Positions 25,331 through 40,200 of a stretch of DNA of 64,000 nt are shown here, piece after piece. The notes beneath the pieces were generated by a model that made no database searches, was not told the origin of the DNA, and saw only the letters and a list, made by a program, of their open reading frames with translations. The first letter of the stretch is position 1. Each line of letters opens with the position of its first letter. This DNA comes from Trichoplax adhaerens (Eukaryota > Animalia > Placozoa), in NCBI RefSeq assembly GCF_000150275.1, contig NW_002060944.1, positions 3,200,152 to 3,264,151 of the forward strand, written 5' to 3'. Position numbers and translations under genes: made by a program.

Positions 25331-28249
25331 TAAAATATGTTGTCTACTTCATTTAGTAAACACGGTATGTAAACCTAAGTATTTTTGAAATTATTAATAT
25401 GTGCTAATCTTTTGTTAGTCATAAAGCTGCTATTATTATTTGTAGGCCATAAAAGTTCTAACCCATAGTAATTACCTGCTATGAACCATTTTAAATTACA
25501 TTATCGTATAAATTGGCTAACTTCAAGTCATACAAGTCATAACCATTAGCTCAATTATATACAAGCCATCAACATTAGCTTAATTATATACGTCGATTAC
25601 TCACTGAATCAATAAGACTTCCAAAGACTAACATTTTCCTCAGTCTACTAACTAAGGATTATAAGAAAAAATTTAATTTTTATTCACATTTTTAAAGAGT
25701 AAAGCTGATATGATAGTATAATATACTAATCATGAGTCATGTGCCGCGCTAGCGAATTTTGTTGGCAATATTTTTTTCACTTACTACGCCTTAAAATGAT
25801 ATTCAAGCTCCATTCAGTATAATTTAAGATTTACTGGCTTCAATTTTAAAAGTAGCCACATTATTGGTTAATTTAATATAGCACGATAACGTGAAATATG
25901 CCTTTTATGAACTGCATATAATAAAACCTTTATGCCGGATTTCATCGCAATTTTATGGCATACTAATTTCAAAAAATAGTATTTTCAAGCTGATCTAGTC
26001 AGAAAACTACTAAACCATTTTGCTAACTAAATAGTGAGTCTTTGAAAATTTTTCGCTTTACTTAAGCTTCATCTTGTCGTGTAATAAATTACACGCATTG
26101 CTATGAAATCGAACTATATAATCTGTTTTTCTGTACGCAAGATATCAAACGTACATATGGAGTAAATTTAATAATTACCCTTAGTAGCTACAGCCACAAC
26201 TTCATTATTTACTAACATCAAAGAGTTTTTATGTAACAATTATTTAAAATAGCTTATTTAAAATACTTGAAAAATGTCGTGGAATCGAAATGTGAGAAAG
26301 TTAATTGATAATGCATTTAAATGGCCTTTCTGAATAATCTGTGTATTGATTGTCTGATTGCAAATGTCGACATCAAGAAAGGATTATATAAATGACCTGC
26401 TCCGTCCTTTATAATCAAAAACTAATTAAATTCTTTGAGTTTTGTGACTAGACTCTCATGAATAAAATATTAGAACACTTGTCTAGTCTAGGTAGAATTT
26501 ACACTCTATTTATAGTTCCTGTACAAAAAATGTCTGAAGTGTGGAATCTACAGTTAGCTTAGTCAAGTAGCATAATTCCTATCCGGGATCAAGTTTTAAT
26601 TGCAATACAGTATCCAAATTGTGGTGTTGTGGATTCTTTGCGATCGGCTAACTCTACCTGTAGATCTGCCATATCCGTGATAGATTGGGTTAAAGGTGGT
26701 GAATTATACTGTACGGTATTCAATTTTAATATGCTGTAATATTCGAAACCCATTAAAAGTGATTATCAAACACCAACACCGGCATTACACGAATTCTATT
26801 TCAAATTACTATTCTTTTTTAAAATCTATCTAATGAACACGCGCCCTCGTTAAATTTTCGTTAACTTTTGATTCTTGCTGAAAATGCCATTCAAAATCTT
26901 AGTCAGATTATTACGTACGAGCATACTCGAGATAATTTTTAGCTAAATAAATAAATATTTGTATCTTGTTGGTTTTTAGTAGTAACTGATTATTTCAAAA
27001 TGAAGCTTTTTAATTTCTTTCCGCCAAATCAAGTTAATCAGTACGCTATTTCATTGAAAGAATTTTATCAAGATATCTATTATTAATTATCTTTATTAAA
27101 GAAATTCTCTACTCCTCGTCATTCTATTCGTTGATATCTTATAATATTAAACGAAAAGAAAGTTAATAGTAACATTATTCTGTCAACAATTACGATACTT
27201 TTCATCAGCTAATAGTATCCTATCAACTTCTTAAATGTCACGAAGGACCAAATACACGAATTGATAACAGGTGATTAAATCAGATTTCATCGCCATGATT
27301 CCAGCAAAGAAAGGCTAGGATGTTTTGTTACCTGGATAGTAAATTATTAAATTTTATAATATTTATTTAAGTTTTAATCTAATTATGTATTCAATTTTTC
27401 ATATGGGAATGGGCTACCGTCATGGCACTTCCCCACAAATGTTTCTGTTTATGTGCAATCAATTATGAAGTCTTTACACGAGGAAAATCAAAGTAAAAGA
27501 AACATGAAGCTAATTGAGGCCTTTCTCAGCGGATATTGCCGATTGGTTCTGATATAAAAATAAGGTAATAAGAATTTAGTTTCATATACGAAATGTATAA
27601 GGTAATATGTTCCTAAAATAGATAATACAGCTGTGCAATATTGAATAGGTTTATAATTTTCTGTCTTGTAATTTATGTTTACTATCTAATCTTCATCAGG
27701 CACTGGTAATAAAAATATTGCGTAACAAATGAATCCATTTTTCAGTCCCAGACATACAAAGTGACAACATGAATAATTTATTCATTTATCCTTTGTTTTA
27801 AGCTAATTCCATTAATTTGATTGTTGTACTTACCATACGCAATATTTTTATCCATATCAATTTGTCAATCATTAGCTGGATCAAATACCAGTGAAAAACT
27901 TTATCCTCAGATATCACCCCCATATATTATTCTACGCTATCATGTTCGATATATTTCTTATTTATATCTAGAAGTCGTAGAATATTTTCGTTTACTTTTC
28001 CATTATTTTTCACTTAAAATTTTTATCAGCTCGAAGGAATGAAATAAAACCTAAATATTATTTGCTTGATAAATAAATCATACGGCACCAGCATCGATTA
28101 AACAGAAAATTATGAAAAATGAACTTTGTCCCTTTAAATCTGTTTTTTTACTGTAGATTCGGTGATTTATTTTATTACTATTTGTAGACTACCAGGTATT
28201 ACTTACTAGTGATGAGAGGCTGTACAAGTACATAACAAGGCTTAAAATC

Positions 28250-31200
28250 ATGGCATATAAGAAATTAATTGCGTATGGCTACCTTATAATTATCCCTTCC
28301 TTAGTAAGTAACTTTTCATATCTTTCTAGAATTTATAGAATGACATGTATTAGCCAGAGTAGAAAGTAGCGTCTCAATAAATTTATTCCAAATTAAAAAT
28401 TTAGATCATACTATCGGACCTTCCTCCAGTATTTTCTGGTAAGATTATATTCATAAAATTATTACCATACATATTATGATATTAAGTTAAATACTTTTTT
28501 ATTGCGCATTGAATGCAGATTTCATTTTATCATCATGTTTAAAGTTTTGCAAAACATTCTAGTAGAAGATATTACGAATCATTCTTTACTTTGGATATTT
28601 GATAAATATCGCTAAGAGTATCGCTCAAGCAATTGATATGCTATGTTACTTTATATTAATCTTCAAAAAGGGCAAATTTTTAAGCCATTAGAATGTCAAG
28701 TAAAATGAATGATGAATTCACTTATATTCCTAAATTTACTTTCTTAACTTAACATGTAAGCTAAAGAAAAATAGAACTTTATAACCAAGGCAATACAGAT
28801 TTCTACTTTAACCCAAACTTGAACATTTTGGAATGTATCTAGAGCCATGCCAACAATACCAATGGCTAAACGGAACCGATCGATCGAGTATAAATGTGAA
28901 TCTGAAGTATCAATGCGATACTAATTTAAGTAATTCATGGTATCGATTTGGAGGAGCAGATGAAAATTATGTATTGCAAACAAATTGTTCCGAAATTTCA
29001 AATCTAGGAGTTTGTGGAACTATTTCTCCTGGCTGGATGTATGGCAACCATCCACAAGGTTTACTGCAATGATTGAGTCCATTTATATTCTAACATCTAA
29101 TTTAATATGAAATTAATATTATAGGAGTAGATTTTCCGTCTATTTAGCTCTCACTATCATTTTCTTTACTTTATACTATATTGACCAAATTATGAACATC
29201 GATCATTAAGCTTTGAAAACTGTTAATCGAATGGTTTGCTTTTACTTCTACAACGATTGTTGCTTCTTTAAAAGAGAAATCCAAGTTAGAAACTGTCGAC
29301 AATTTATGATTTATCGGCTGCCCTCAACAAATCATAAATTGTGTTCAGCTTATTGCACCAAAGTAAAAGGTTAAACACTTGTTGAACACAGGCGATCTTC
29401 CATAGTAAAAAATAAAATCTCATCAATTATAAATTATCAGTATACTCTTTGATTTATCTGCATTGATCTTAAATGAAAACTTTCTCACGTAATTTTTTGT
29501 AGACTACTGTGATCCAAATCCTTGTTATAATCATGGTACGTGTTCTTTGAGAGCAACTGGATATACATGTTCATGTTTGCCAAGATATACCGGAGAACAC
29601 TGTGAACGAAGTAACATATTATCATTAATGCTTGATCTAATTCGATAATATAATCGTCAACATAGTCTCTTTTGAATTCGTTTTAACTGTCCTGAATCAT
29701 ATTAGATTTCGATCCTTGCAATGCAAATCCTTGCAATCAAGGGATTTGTCTTACAAAAGGACAAGGATATCAGTGTCTTTGCAAACCCGGTTACACCGGC
29801 AAATATTGCCAAGATGGTAAAATACAGTAATCATAAATCATCTCTGACTCTTGATTTGTACGAATTATCGTCCTATTTACTGTAATATTCCATTTTTAAA
29901 ACAGATCTTAATGAATGTCGGACTAATAAATCTATATGCCAAGGAAACTGCCATAATACAGTTGGCAGTTACTTCTGTTCATGTCAAAATGGACAAATTC
30001 TAATGGCAGACAAAATTTCTTGTTTCGGTAAGATTCTAACTCGCAGTATTGTAGACATACGCGTAGTACTCAGTAATAATTATGTTGTTTTATCTCTCTA
30101 ACTAATATAACCATGAACTTGTATAGATCCTTGTCAAAATGCAATTTCGTTAACTGATCCTACGAGATCAATATATAACGATGAACCATCGTCCTTCCAT
30201 ATTAAATGTGATCGAACTCAATTTAAAAATAATTTTTGGTATCGTTTTAATGGCGGCCGCAATAGCCAAATGATAGCCCAAGGAAGAGTTAGTATGCTAA
30301 AATGTGGAACAATATCGCCAGGATGGCTGGTAGGAAATCACCCGGCAGGTACTGTGATAGTATTAGCAACTATAACTAAGATTTCACGTACCATCAGTAT
30401 AATTACTGTTGTAGCCTATTTAAGAGCATATAAAACTTAACTCATGATTAAAAATGAATTTTGAAACTTGCTACTTCATGATCTCATTATTAATACATAT
30501 AAAATTCGTGTAGTTTATTAAGCTCAGTCTTCACGCAAAATGAGACACTAGATATAAAATATTGACATCCAGTTGTCACGGTACGAACTACCGTGAATAA
30601 ATAGTTGACTAAATTTAGGCAGCTAGACGTTTACTTAGGCGATAACTATTAATGGCTTACAGTAAGATCGACGGTAGTTATTATTTGTTACAGTAAATTA
30701 TGCTGCACTGTAGTAAGAGTTCTTATATGGTAAATGATGTTAATTGATTATTGTGCTACGTCTTGTGACACTTGCGATTAATATCCTGAAGATAGTAAAC
30801 TATAGGCGATACCATAAATAATTCTATGAGTGGATATATTGTAGTCTAGTTATCTAGAATCATTCGGCATATATCTACGATTATAAATATCTCTGTATTA
30901 ATTTAGCTATCCAGTATGAATTAACTTTCATAGTTTTATAATGATTCATTCATGCTAGCTGCTGCCGAAGGGTATTTTAAGCTCGGCAGGCAGCTGAATA
31001 AAATCAAAATTCTCTAGTCATTTAGCGTAGAAGCAAAGACGTTTAAATTCTTGTGAGATAGTTAAGGGATACTGAATTCTAATGACTTTAGTAATTTCAA
31101 GATTTGTTTTACGTTATCCTTGTCACGAAGCTGGTTTATGGCACTAGTATTTACAATTATCATGCATATACTCTTACTTCAACAATTAGATGTAACTTAT

Positions 31201-34200
31201 CACCTTACGTAAATATTTCTGTATTTTTGCAGTGACAGAAGGCATTGCTACCGGAAAAGTTTGTTTTACATGGGGTCCTAGTCCTTGCCATTGGAATCGA
31301 ACTATCAATATCAAAAATTGTGGCAATTACTTTGTGTATAAACTTCCTCCTCCACCGGATTGCGATTTGCGTTATTGTACTACCAGAGCCAGTTAGTTAT
31401 TTAAATTTGTAGATATTGAATTTAGCAGAATCTTCATTAAAAACAAATAATTATAAAAATTTTGGCTACTTTCATCAAGAAATAGCTCTCAAATATAGGA
31501 TTTTATAGACTCTATGATAAGAATAATCTTATTATTGGAAAAAAGATAAATAGTACCATAAAAGTATGTGTACACTACTCTATCTAGCATCCTATATGGA
31601 ATCTAACCTTCATTAAAACTACCATATTAGTCTAACAGTCAAATACAGGACTTCAAAGCTTTTGCAAATAATCACTTAATGCATAAGAAATGTGCAATAC
31701 TTCGGATGAATGTACTATGATCAAAACCCTTTTAATCAACTAACACAAATATGAGATATTTGCGTTGTAATTAAGCTTGTGTGACAATTTATCACTTAAT
31801 TGTTTGATCATTTTATTTACTAGCAATCAATAAATGCTTCTTCAATCCATGTCGATACGGCGAATGTATCAACATTACTGGCAATCATCAATGTATTTGC
31901 AGAAAAGGATTCACAGGAGCTGATTGTGCACAAGGTAGTATGTTGAAACGTCATCGATTTCTAGATCTGTGATTTTCATGTCGTAGTATTTCCTGAATTA
32001 CGATCTAATACTGTATATTTAAGACACTTGTTAGAAGACATTAATTTTTATTACAAGTATGAAATGCTTATAACTAGATATCAACGAATGCGAGACTTTA
32101 AATGGTGGCTGCCAAGAGGCGTGTATTAATACGTTTGGTAGTTATCGTTGCCAGTGTGCAAATAACTCGATCTTAATGAAAGATGGCCATCATTGCCTAG
32201 GTAATTTTTAATTCACTGATGAATGTAATCGAAAGTTTATTAGAAACTGCCATTCTTTAAAATATAATTAAAAGCTCAAGGTATTACCTGGATTGCAATT
32301 ACATCATTGGATATTAAATGGTTTAGTATGACTTAATTGTTACGTTAAATCTGAATTTACAGCCTACTGACATTTTAAGAGCACCTCATGTTTATCCGGT
32401 CTTTATTAAACTAATAACTTCTGTTATCTTAATCGATGTAATCGCTTATGATTGATTAAGAATTATGGACATTTATTCTTATGAAATTTAGAATTTGATA
32501 TATCGATTAATAGACCTCGTATTTGATACTAGTAGCTTAAAATTTATACAACTAACAATATCCTATGTATTCCAAACTGTGCCTTAATTAGCATGCCTAA
32601 AATGATAATTATAAGCTATGACGCAACTTTTACTATCACGTAGTACTAATCATATGGAATTATTTATTTGTAGATCCTTGCAAGAAATACCGTATAATTT
32701 CTGATAATACAAGATCATTTGATTTCTTCAATCAATCCATCAAGCTAAAATGTGACGATAATATTATCGAGTCAGTGTGGTATCGCTTCAAAAGCAGCCA
32801 TAAGGATGATTTGGTAGTTCCTACACGATGCATTCCAATGTTTAAATGTCAAACAATATCCACTGGATGGATAAATGGCAAATATCCAACAGGTTTCAGT
32901 GATTACATAAAAGGAAATAAATAATTTCAGATTTTAACTTCAGTAATTATAATCAAAGCAATATACTGTACACGTATAATATGTCAGCGTATAAGCTAAT
33001 GAATTATTAACGTAGCTATTCCTTATTTGTCTTCTTTTCTATTCATATTCTACATAGTTAACCAAGGAATTGTCAAAAGAATGGCTTGTTTTAATTTTCA
33101 TAATAGTTGCTGCCATACATCTAACATGATTCGAATCAGAAATTGCCATAGCTATTTTGTATATAACCTCAGTGCAAGTAAATCCTGCAATCCGGGAACA
33201 AGATACTGCACGATTAAATTAGGTAAGTCATTAAAATAAAAACTTTCGGCTGTAAACTAGTAAAAATTATTTCCAAACTCGCTTATATCTGACTATTCTT
33301 ACAAGAATTCCGAAATAAAATCAATGTAAAATATTATGAAAATCAATCAAATCAGTACTGTCCGAATCTTTTTACAGACAAATGTCAACCAGACCCATGC
33401 ATTCATGGCACTTGCTACCGTAATAATTCGAGTTCATTTTATTGTCAATGTCGACATGGCTATACTGGAAATATTTGCCAAACTGGTACGATAATATAAA
33501 TATCTTTTATCTTTTACAAATGCTCGTATGTGAGATTTTTCATCGTATTTCCATTAATTCATTGCTATTAATCACAAAAATTTACAACATCAATACAGAA
33601 AAGAATTATATAGAACTATATAAATTGAATCAAGTTTATTATTGGTCACTTTTTTCAAAAATCATCTTTATAAATATGCTTTAACCTTATATACTTAAAA
33701 TTTAATTTTAATTTTTTTAGAGGTTTATATTAAATTGCTTTTGTAATATCTAAAATTTTAATTTAATCACGTAATTCAAGAATTTTACAATTAATTTCAA
33801 TTTTATATTTATAACCATAAATTTTTACACGAAAACAGTTATTTCTAGTAAAAGGTTACATCACAAAGCTATAGCACACCAATAATATCGTATTGTAACT
33901 TTTCCAGCTATTAATGAATGTCTCTCCAACCCATGTCATCATGGAAAATGTATTAATCAAGAAAATAGATACACATGTGTTTGCAAGAAAGGAATAACCG
34001 GTGTAAATTGTGATCGGGGTAAGAAAATTACGCTATTCTTCAAAATATTGGTGTTACGCCTTACAGCATACACTAATTGATCGACTTGGTTTATGAGATA
34101 AAATTTTTATTAATTACATGAATTTTACTTCCAAATCTCGAATGCGAGAGTCTTACATTATCACTAATTTATAAATATACAAATGCAAACTTTTTCGATG

Positions 34201-37200
34201 GTTAATGCTACCATACAAATTACTGTCTCAGACTCAGATTTGATTATCAAATTTTTCGTGATTAGTGAATATATTAGTATATAACATTTATATAACTATG
34301 TTATATTATAATCATACATAGCTATATTCATATATAAATTATAAATGTACAGATATGAATATGTATATCAGAATATAAATCTATAATTTGGATATATTCA
34401 CTTACTTTATCGCATTCTTCTTGGTACGACCACTCTAGCATCTATTTTTCTTGTCTTTCTATTGCGCACGTAGATATTAATGAATGCTTGGATCGTAATG
34501 GTGGTTGTAGCCACTTTTGTAATAATACATACGCTGGCTACTTCTGTTCATGCCCTAATAGCTTAACAGTTGGTGTTGACAAACACACATGTATTGGTAT
34601 GCTTTAATAGTATTAAAACTGATATATCAATTATAATGGATTGCTGCAGAGTTACGTTATATACGGTATATCATGCGTATTACCTTATAAGGAGCAATAA
34701 TTTATAATATGATTAATTTTCTTAATTTCATTTATTAGTTACACTTTTTACTCACAACTGTAATTTTAGACCCGTGTCGAGCGTATTCTACCTTATTGAA
34801 CGATACTGCAGAAGAAATTAGCAATCCTAGTATTTTCCAAATATCATCGGTAATCAGTCTATGTCAATTAGCACACAGCAAATCTAAAAACGATATAAAA
34901 CGTTGGTATAAAGCCAAGATTGATGCTAATTGCACAGCCATAGCTAAAAGCATGACGATCCTACAAGGTAACTTAATTTCATAGACTATTGCATCTATTT
35001 AATTAAAAATTACTTCATTATCAAAATAGAGTAGTGATTATAATAATTACCATAAAAATATTTAACGAAATTTAATCTGAATTGATATTAAATTGTATCA
35101 CCAGTGCATTCTTTATACCAATTTTATGATATATTTTTAATCTTATATACGAGTACATAGTCATCAGATCTGGGTATCAGCACTGCTACAGGTTATTTGT
35201 TTTATCATTACCTTAATTGCTAGATTTAATCTGTACAATATAAATTTACAAAATTAGGATCGATTGCAATCAAGGTTTCACAATCAACAACAGATTTCTG
35301 AGCTTTTCGCAAATAGCTAAGCCTACAGTAGCACCTTGACAGTTCATTTTTAATTCTAGTTTAACGATTTCCCTGTTTTTTAAGTAATTTCTCGCGTGCA
35401 GAATTTACTTTTTCCCATAAAATTCGTTAACATCAAAAACTGTAATCAATATTGTGATGGAGGGTTCGAAGAGTCAGATAATGTGGTTTTAGTTGCCATG
35501 CAGAGAATTGCACAAGGAGCTTAAGAAAAGAGGATACTTTATTGTAGATAGTAGTTAGGTACAATGTGATAATTACGATAGGTCAGCGTGATAGCTGACG
35601 TGAGTAAAGTGTGAATACTAATTTTGACTAATAATGCAACTTAAGAAATCTAAGGTAGAAAACGGCGGTATTTATAGCCATGGCAGTAGAACACATGCAG
35701 AAAACATGATTGTAGGATTAGATACAACATATACCATAACAGGTTATAGAATAGCAGATAATTGTAGAAAATCGCGAGGATTGTAATAACTAAAATGTAG
35801 TAAGCCATATTAGAATGTAGAGCGAACAGACTATGAATGTGTCTGTATTTAATAGCAATACAAAATGTCTATATTTAAGAGTAGATTACAGTTACAGTAC
35901 AATCTAAATACATTACAAATATTCTGTAATAACTTGTGAGATAAAGCATCAAGCGGATATAAAATAAATAAACTAGTACAAACTCCCGTCGCTTTGCTGA
36001 CGGTTTACGATAATTATATATATCCCAGTAATAGTACAGTAATAAACTTTGCTATATTAAGATTAGTTAATGGTCCAAAGCACATTATGATAACTAGTGT
36101 ACGGTGATAGACATACCAAGTTAAGATTAGCAGGTACTGTAAGATATCTACAGTGCGGTACAATGTCCTTAGTACTGTGGTAAATTCTATACCAATCATT
36201 ATAGTGTGTCTAAGGATCGCTTGCGTATGCAAGCAAAGCTTGCTCTGTCGATAACAACCATTATAAGAAAATGTAACAATCAAAATGGCTGTGTAGAAAA
36301 CTCTATAAAGATTCTAGGTTTATTCAATTTTCATCAGAGTATTATATCAAATCAAAATTTAAAGGCCTAGTGGCCACCCTTAGCGATATAACAGATACTA
36401 TTTTAATAATCAGTACTCTGCAGTCTGCAGACATTACTGCCTAAGAGCTATTCGTTTTACAAGAAGAAATCTTTAGGTAAAAAGTACTGTAAGAATCTTA
36501 TACTGACCTATTGAAATGAACCCATAATCAAAGTCATCTAACAGTAGCAGTAGTATAAATATCCCCGCGCTGCTCGTTTCAAGGGTGGGTGGCTGGGATT
36601 AGTACTAAAGAATATTAAGCTTACGTTTTGATAGAAGCTAGGTATCTGTGGTTGAGTATCAACCTTGCAAATTATAAAAATTATCGATATTATCTCCGCG
36701 TACCTACAGTAGCACAAATTATATAATATAATCGCGATGATCAGAAGTACTAGAGCATTCAAAATCAACTAAAAATAGCGAGATATATACCGATAAATAC
36801 AACACATTAAATTAATTTGGAATAAAAATTTTTACTAACCACGTCACCTTATAAAATTCGTCTACAATAGCCGGATTTCATGAATTTATTCAAGAGACTG
36901 ATATATGCTATCATTTTGGCCTACCTACATGCTCGCAAAAGACTGAACCATTTCGAATGAAAGTTTGTTCGGGCTACAATGTTTATCAAATTAGTAGTTT
37001 ATCGGCATGTTATTTGAACTATTGCAGTCAGATTAAAGGTAAAATTGCTATATCACGTTTAATATTCCCAAGTAAGCGTATATAATTCGGTACGATAACA
37101 TTTAAGCAGTAGCTTAAAGGGCTCAATTTTTTAATCAAAAGCAGTTAGCTAAAATTTATCCGTAACAAAAGTTTTTATTTTCTCTAAAATAACATCAAAA

Positions 37201-40200
37201 TCTTTTTTAATGCTTAATAGCCCTATATATTTACTGTGTTCTAGATAAATATCAAATCTACCGTATAAATTGCTTTACATTTTAGAGGCATTGATATAAA
37301 GTGATGAATCGTTTGTAATATTCTATAAAACCTTTACGGTGCAAGATTGAAATAGGCCCGCTGAATGTTCTTTTAATATTAATAACTTATGATAAAAGTA
37401 ATATGTAATTTTATCGTACTTATGCAAACTTTAAATTTAAATTTGATATCATCTTTCATACATAATGTTATCCGATCATAGCTTATAATGAACATACAAC
37501 GTGCAATTCACCAGGTTAGCAGATTAATTAGACTCTATTAAGCGTAGTAATAAGGCAATAATTTATCTATTTTATGCACTTGTAGATGAAAATTCTGCTC
37601 TCGGCCAACTACGTAAGTCAGCAGAAATGTTTAAATGCTCTTCAAGTGTACAGTATACTGTACTTCTAAGATTCTAATAAATTGAAATTAGGATCATGAA
37701 AAAATTAAAGCAGCTTGTTAAAAATTACTCTGACTTATCCCGTTTTTAGTATAAAATTCTGCAATAAAGTAACGCGTCCTATATTTTGCCGTATAGCTTA
37801 CGTGTATTTATATTTTTTCAAATTAATCTTTTACTCTAATTATATATCGATTTTTCATCATATTATGCTAATTTTAATATTGAAAAGTAATGTTCACTAC
37901 CAGATAGTGAAATGGATATCCATTTTATATAGCTACCCTGTAATTAAAAATAACACCTACAAGTACTTTATTGCATATATTCAGAAATTCACATTAAATA
38001 CTTGTAGAATAATATAATATAAATTACTAAATTTCAGCGTCATCTGCCGTTCCTGTACGCCTTGTTTCTGGAAACGGTCATTCGAGTGGACGTGTAGAAG
38101 TCTATCACTCAGGAAAATGGGGCACAGTCTGTCGTGATGGTTTCAAGATAAATACTGCTCATGTAATATGCAAGCAATTAGGGTTTCTTAGTACAAATAG
38201 GGTATACACCGCAAGTGGAGGAACAGGTGAAATATGGCTTGATGATTTAGACTGTCATGGTGACGAGCTTTCAATTGGAGCATGCAAACACAGCGGATGG
38301 GGAAAGCATAACTGCGACCATAGTGAAGATGTTGGCATTTCTTGTGAAAGAAGTACCTGACTATGCATACGTTCAATTTTACTCGAAAATCAATCGATAT
38401 ATCTACTCTATACGTATAACTGTGATAATAAAGAAATATCACAATGATTTAGTTAAAACCGGATCTTTTTGTTCGCACTTTATTCATACAGTACCTGAAA
38501 CTATATTGAAAATTATATGATGAATATAGTATATTTGAAAAAGTTTTAGTAAATTTAAAATTATACTAGTCTGTTATTATCGTATCTGAGAATACATAAT
38601 TTAGCAGTTGCTAAGCATCTAATGTTAAAAATTTAGTTTTTTTTAATTCAAATATAATGACATTACTTTGTTAAGTTAAAGTATTGCATGGAAAATATTG
38701 TTTCGTATAGTTTTTCTACCGTATTTTATACGACAATATTATACATAATGCAATATTATTTGCACTACAGCAGTTTTATAAACACTTGTACTTTGAATAT
38801 CTGTTAAAATAACTTCAATTTCTTCGACTTTAGCATTATCTTCCGTTCCTGTACGTCTCATTTCTCCGAAGAATTGCTCTATTGGACGTTTAGAAGTTTA
38901 CTACTCGGGAAGTTGGGGTACAGTATGCAAAAATCAATTCGATCTGAAAGATGCGAATGTAGTATGCAAGCAGCTAGGATTTCCGAAAGCAAACAACTTT
39001 CATACCTCTCCTGGAGGATCAGGTAAAATCTGGCTTGATAATATCCGCTGTAATGGTAACGAACATTCAATTGCGGCTTGCAAATATCATGGATGGGGAA
39101 TAAATTCTTGTAGCCATGATGACGATATTGGAGTATCCTGCGAGCCAGAAAGATGTTAGCTAAGTCTTCTTTCAATTTTATTTTTAAAATTAGAATATTA
39201 TCTATGCCAACTCGTGCTCGACTATCGAGAATATGAAGTAATGTGATAACTGCTTGATAAAAGCAAGTCTGCTGGTAGAACACTCGATCCTTAAATTATG
39301 TTCGATTGGTCATGCTGTATATTTGAGTGTATAATTTAAAACTCTTTGAATTATAATGCAATTTTTTTTAAACAAAGCCTAGTAGATTTCAATTTAAACT
39401 AGCCTATTATACTCTACTTGTAAAACTAAATTATTCCTCTAGTAGTGATTTTGTAATATTCAATGTATAAATACCTGTAGAATAATGTAATTTTTTTCAA
39501 TTTCAGCACTGTCTGCCGTCCCTGTACGCCTCGTTTCTGGTAATAGTGATCACAAAGGACGTTTAGAAGTTTATTACTCAGGAAGATGGGGAACAGTATG
39601 TAATCACGATTTCAGCTTGGATAATGCTCAGGTAATATGCAGACAATTAGGATTCACTAACGTACAGGAAGTCTATACCTCTGGTGGAGGAACGGGCTAT
39701 ATCTGGCTTGATCGTGTCAACTGTAATGGTGATGAATTTTCCATTGCGGCTTGCAAACATAGCGGTTGGGGAAGGCATGATTGTAACCATACCAAGGATG
39801 TTGGGATTTCCTGCGAATCGAAAAGTACTTAATTATGCTTCCTTTCTGTCAACTTTTCTTGAAAATCCAATGAGCACATAAACTTTATTCCAGATTTAGG
39901 CATAATCATGATTTCGAGCACTGTAGAACAATTATTTAGGGTTTATAATCGAGAAATTTATAAAATAACATGAACTAACCAGGTATATCTAGTAGTTACA
40001 TCTAGTAGTCCATGAAAATACTTACGAGTATCACTTCTAATACATAAATTCAAAGTCTTTGAAGCTATTCTACGATAGTACGGTATAATATTGAACCATC
40101 CTACACTAAATTACACGTACAGAAACCTATGTGTTAAATACAATCATTTTTAACATTTTATTAGTTACTACTGTTCCTGTACGTCTTGTTTCTGGCGGTA

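Noticed and set aside
30576-30995. Two short intronic hairpins (30576-30596, 30957-30995)
   Set aside because: Too short, with no termini, TSD or second copy to support an element or RNA gene.
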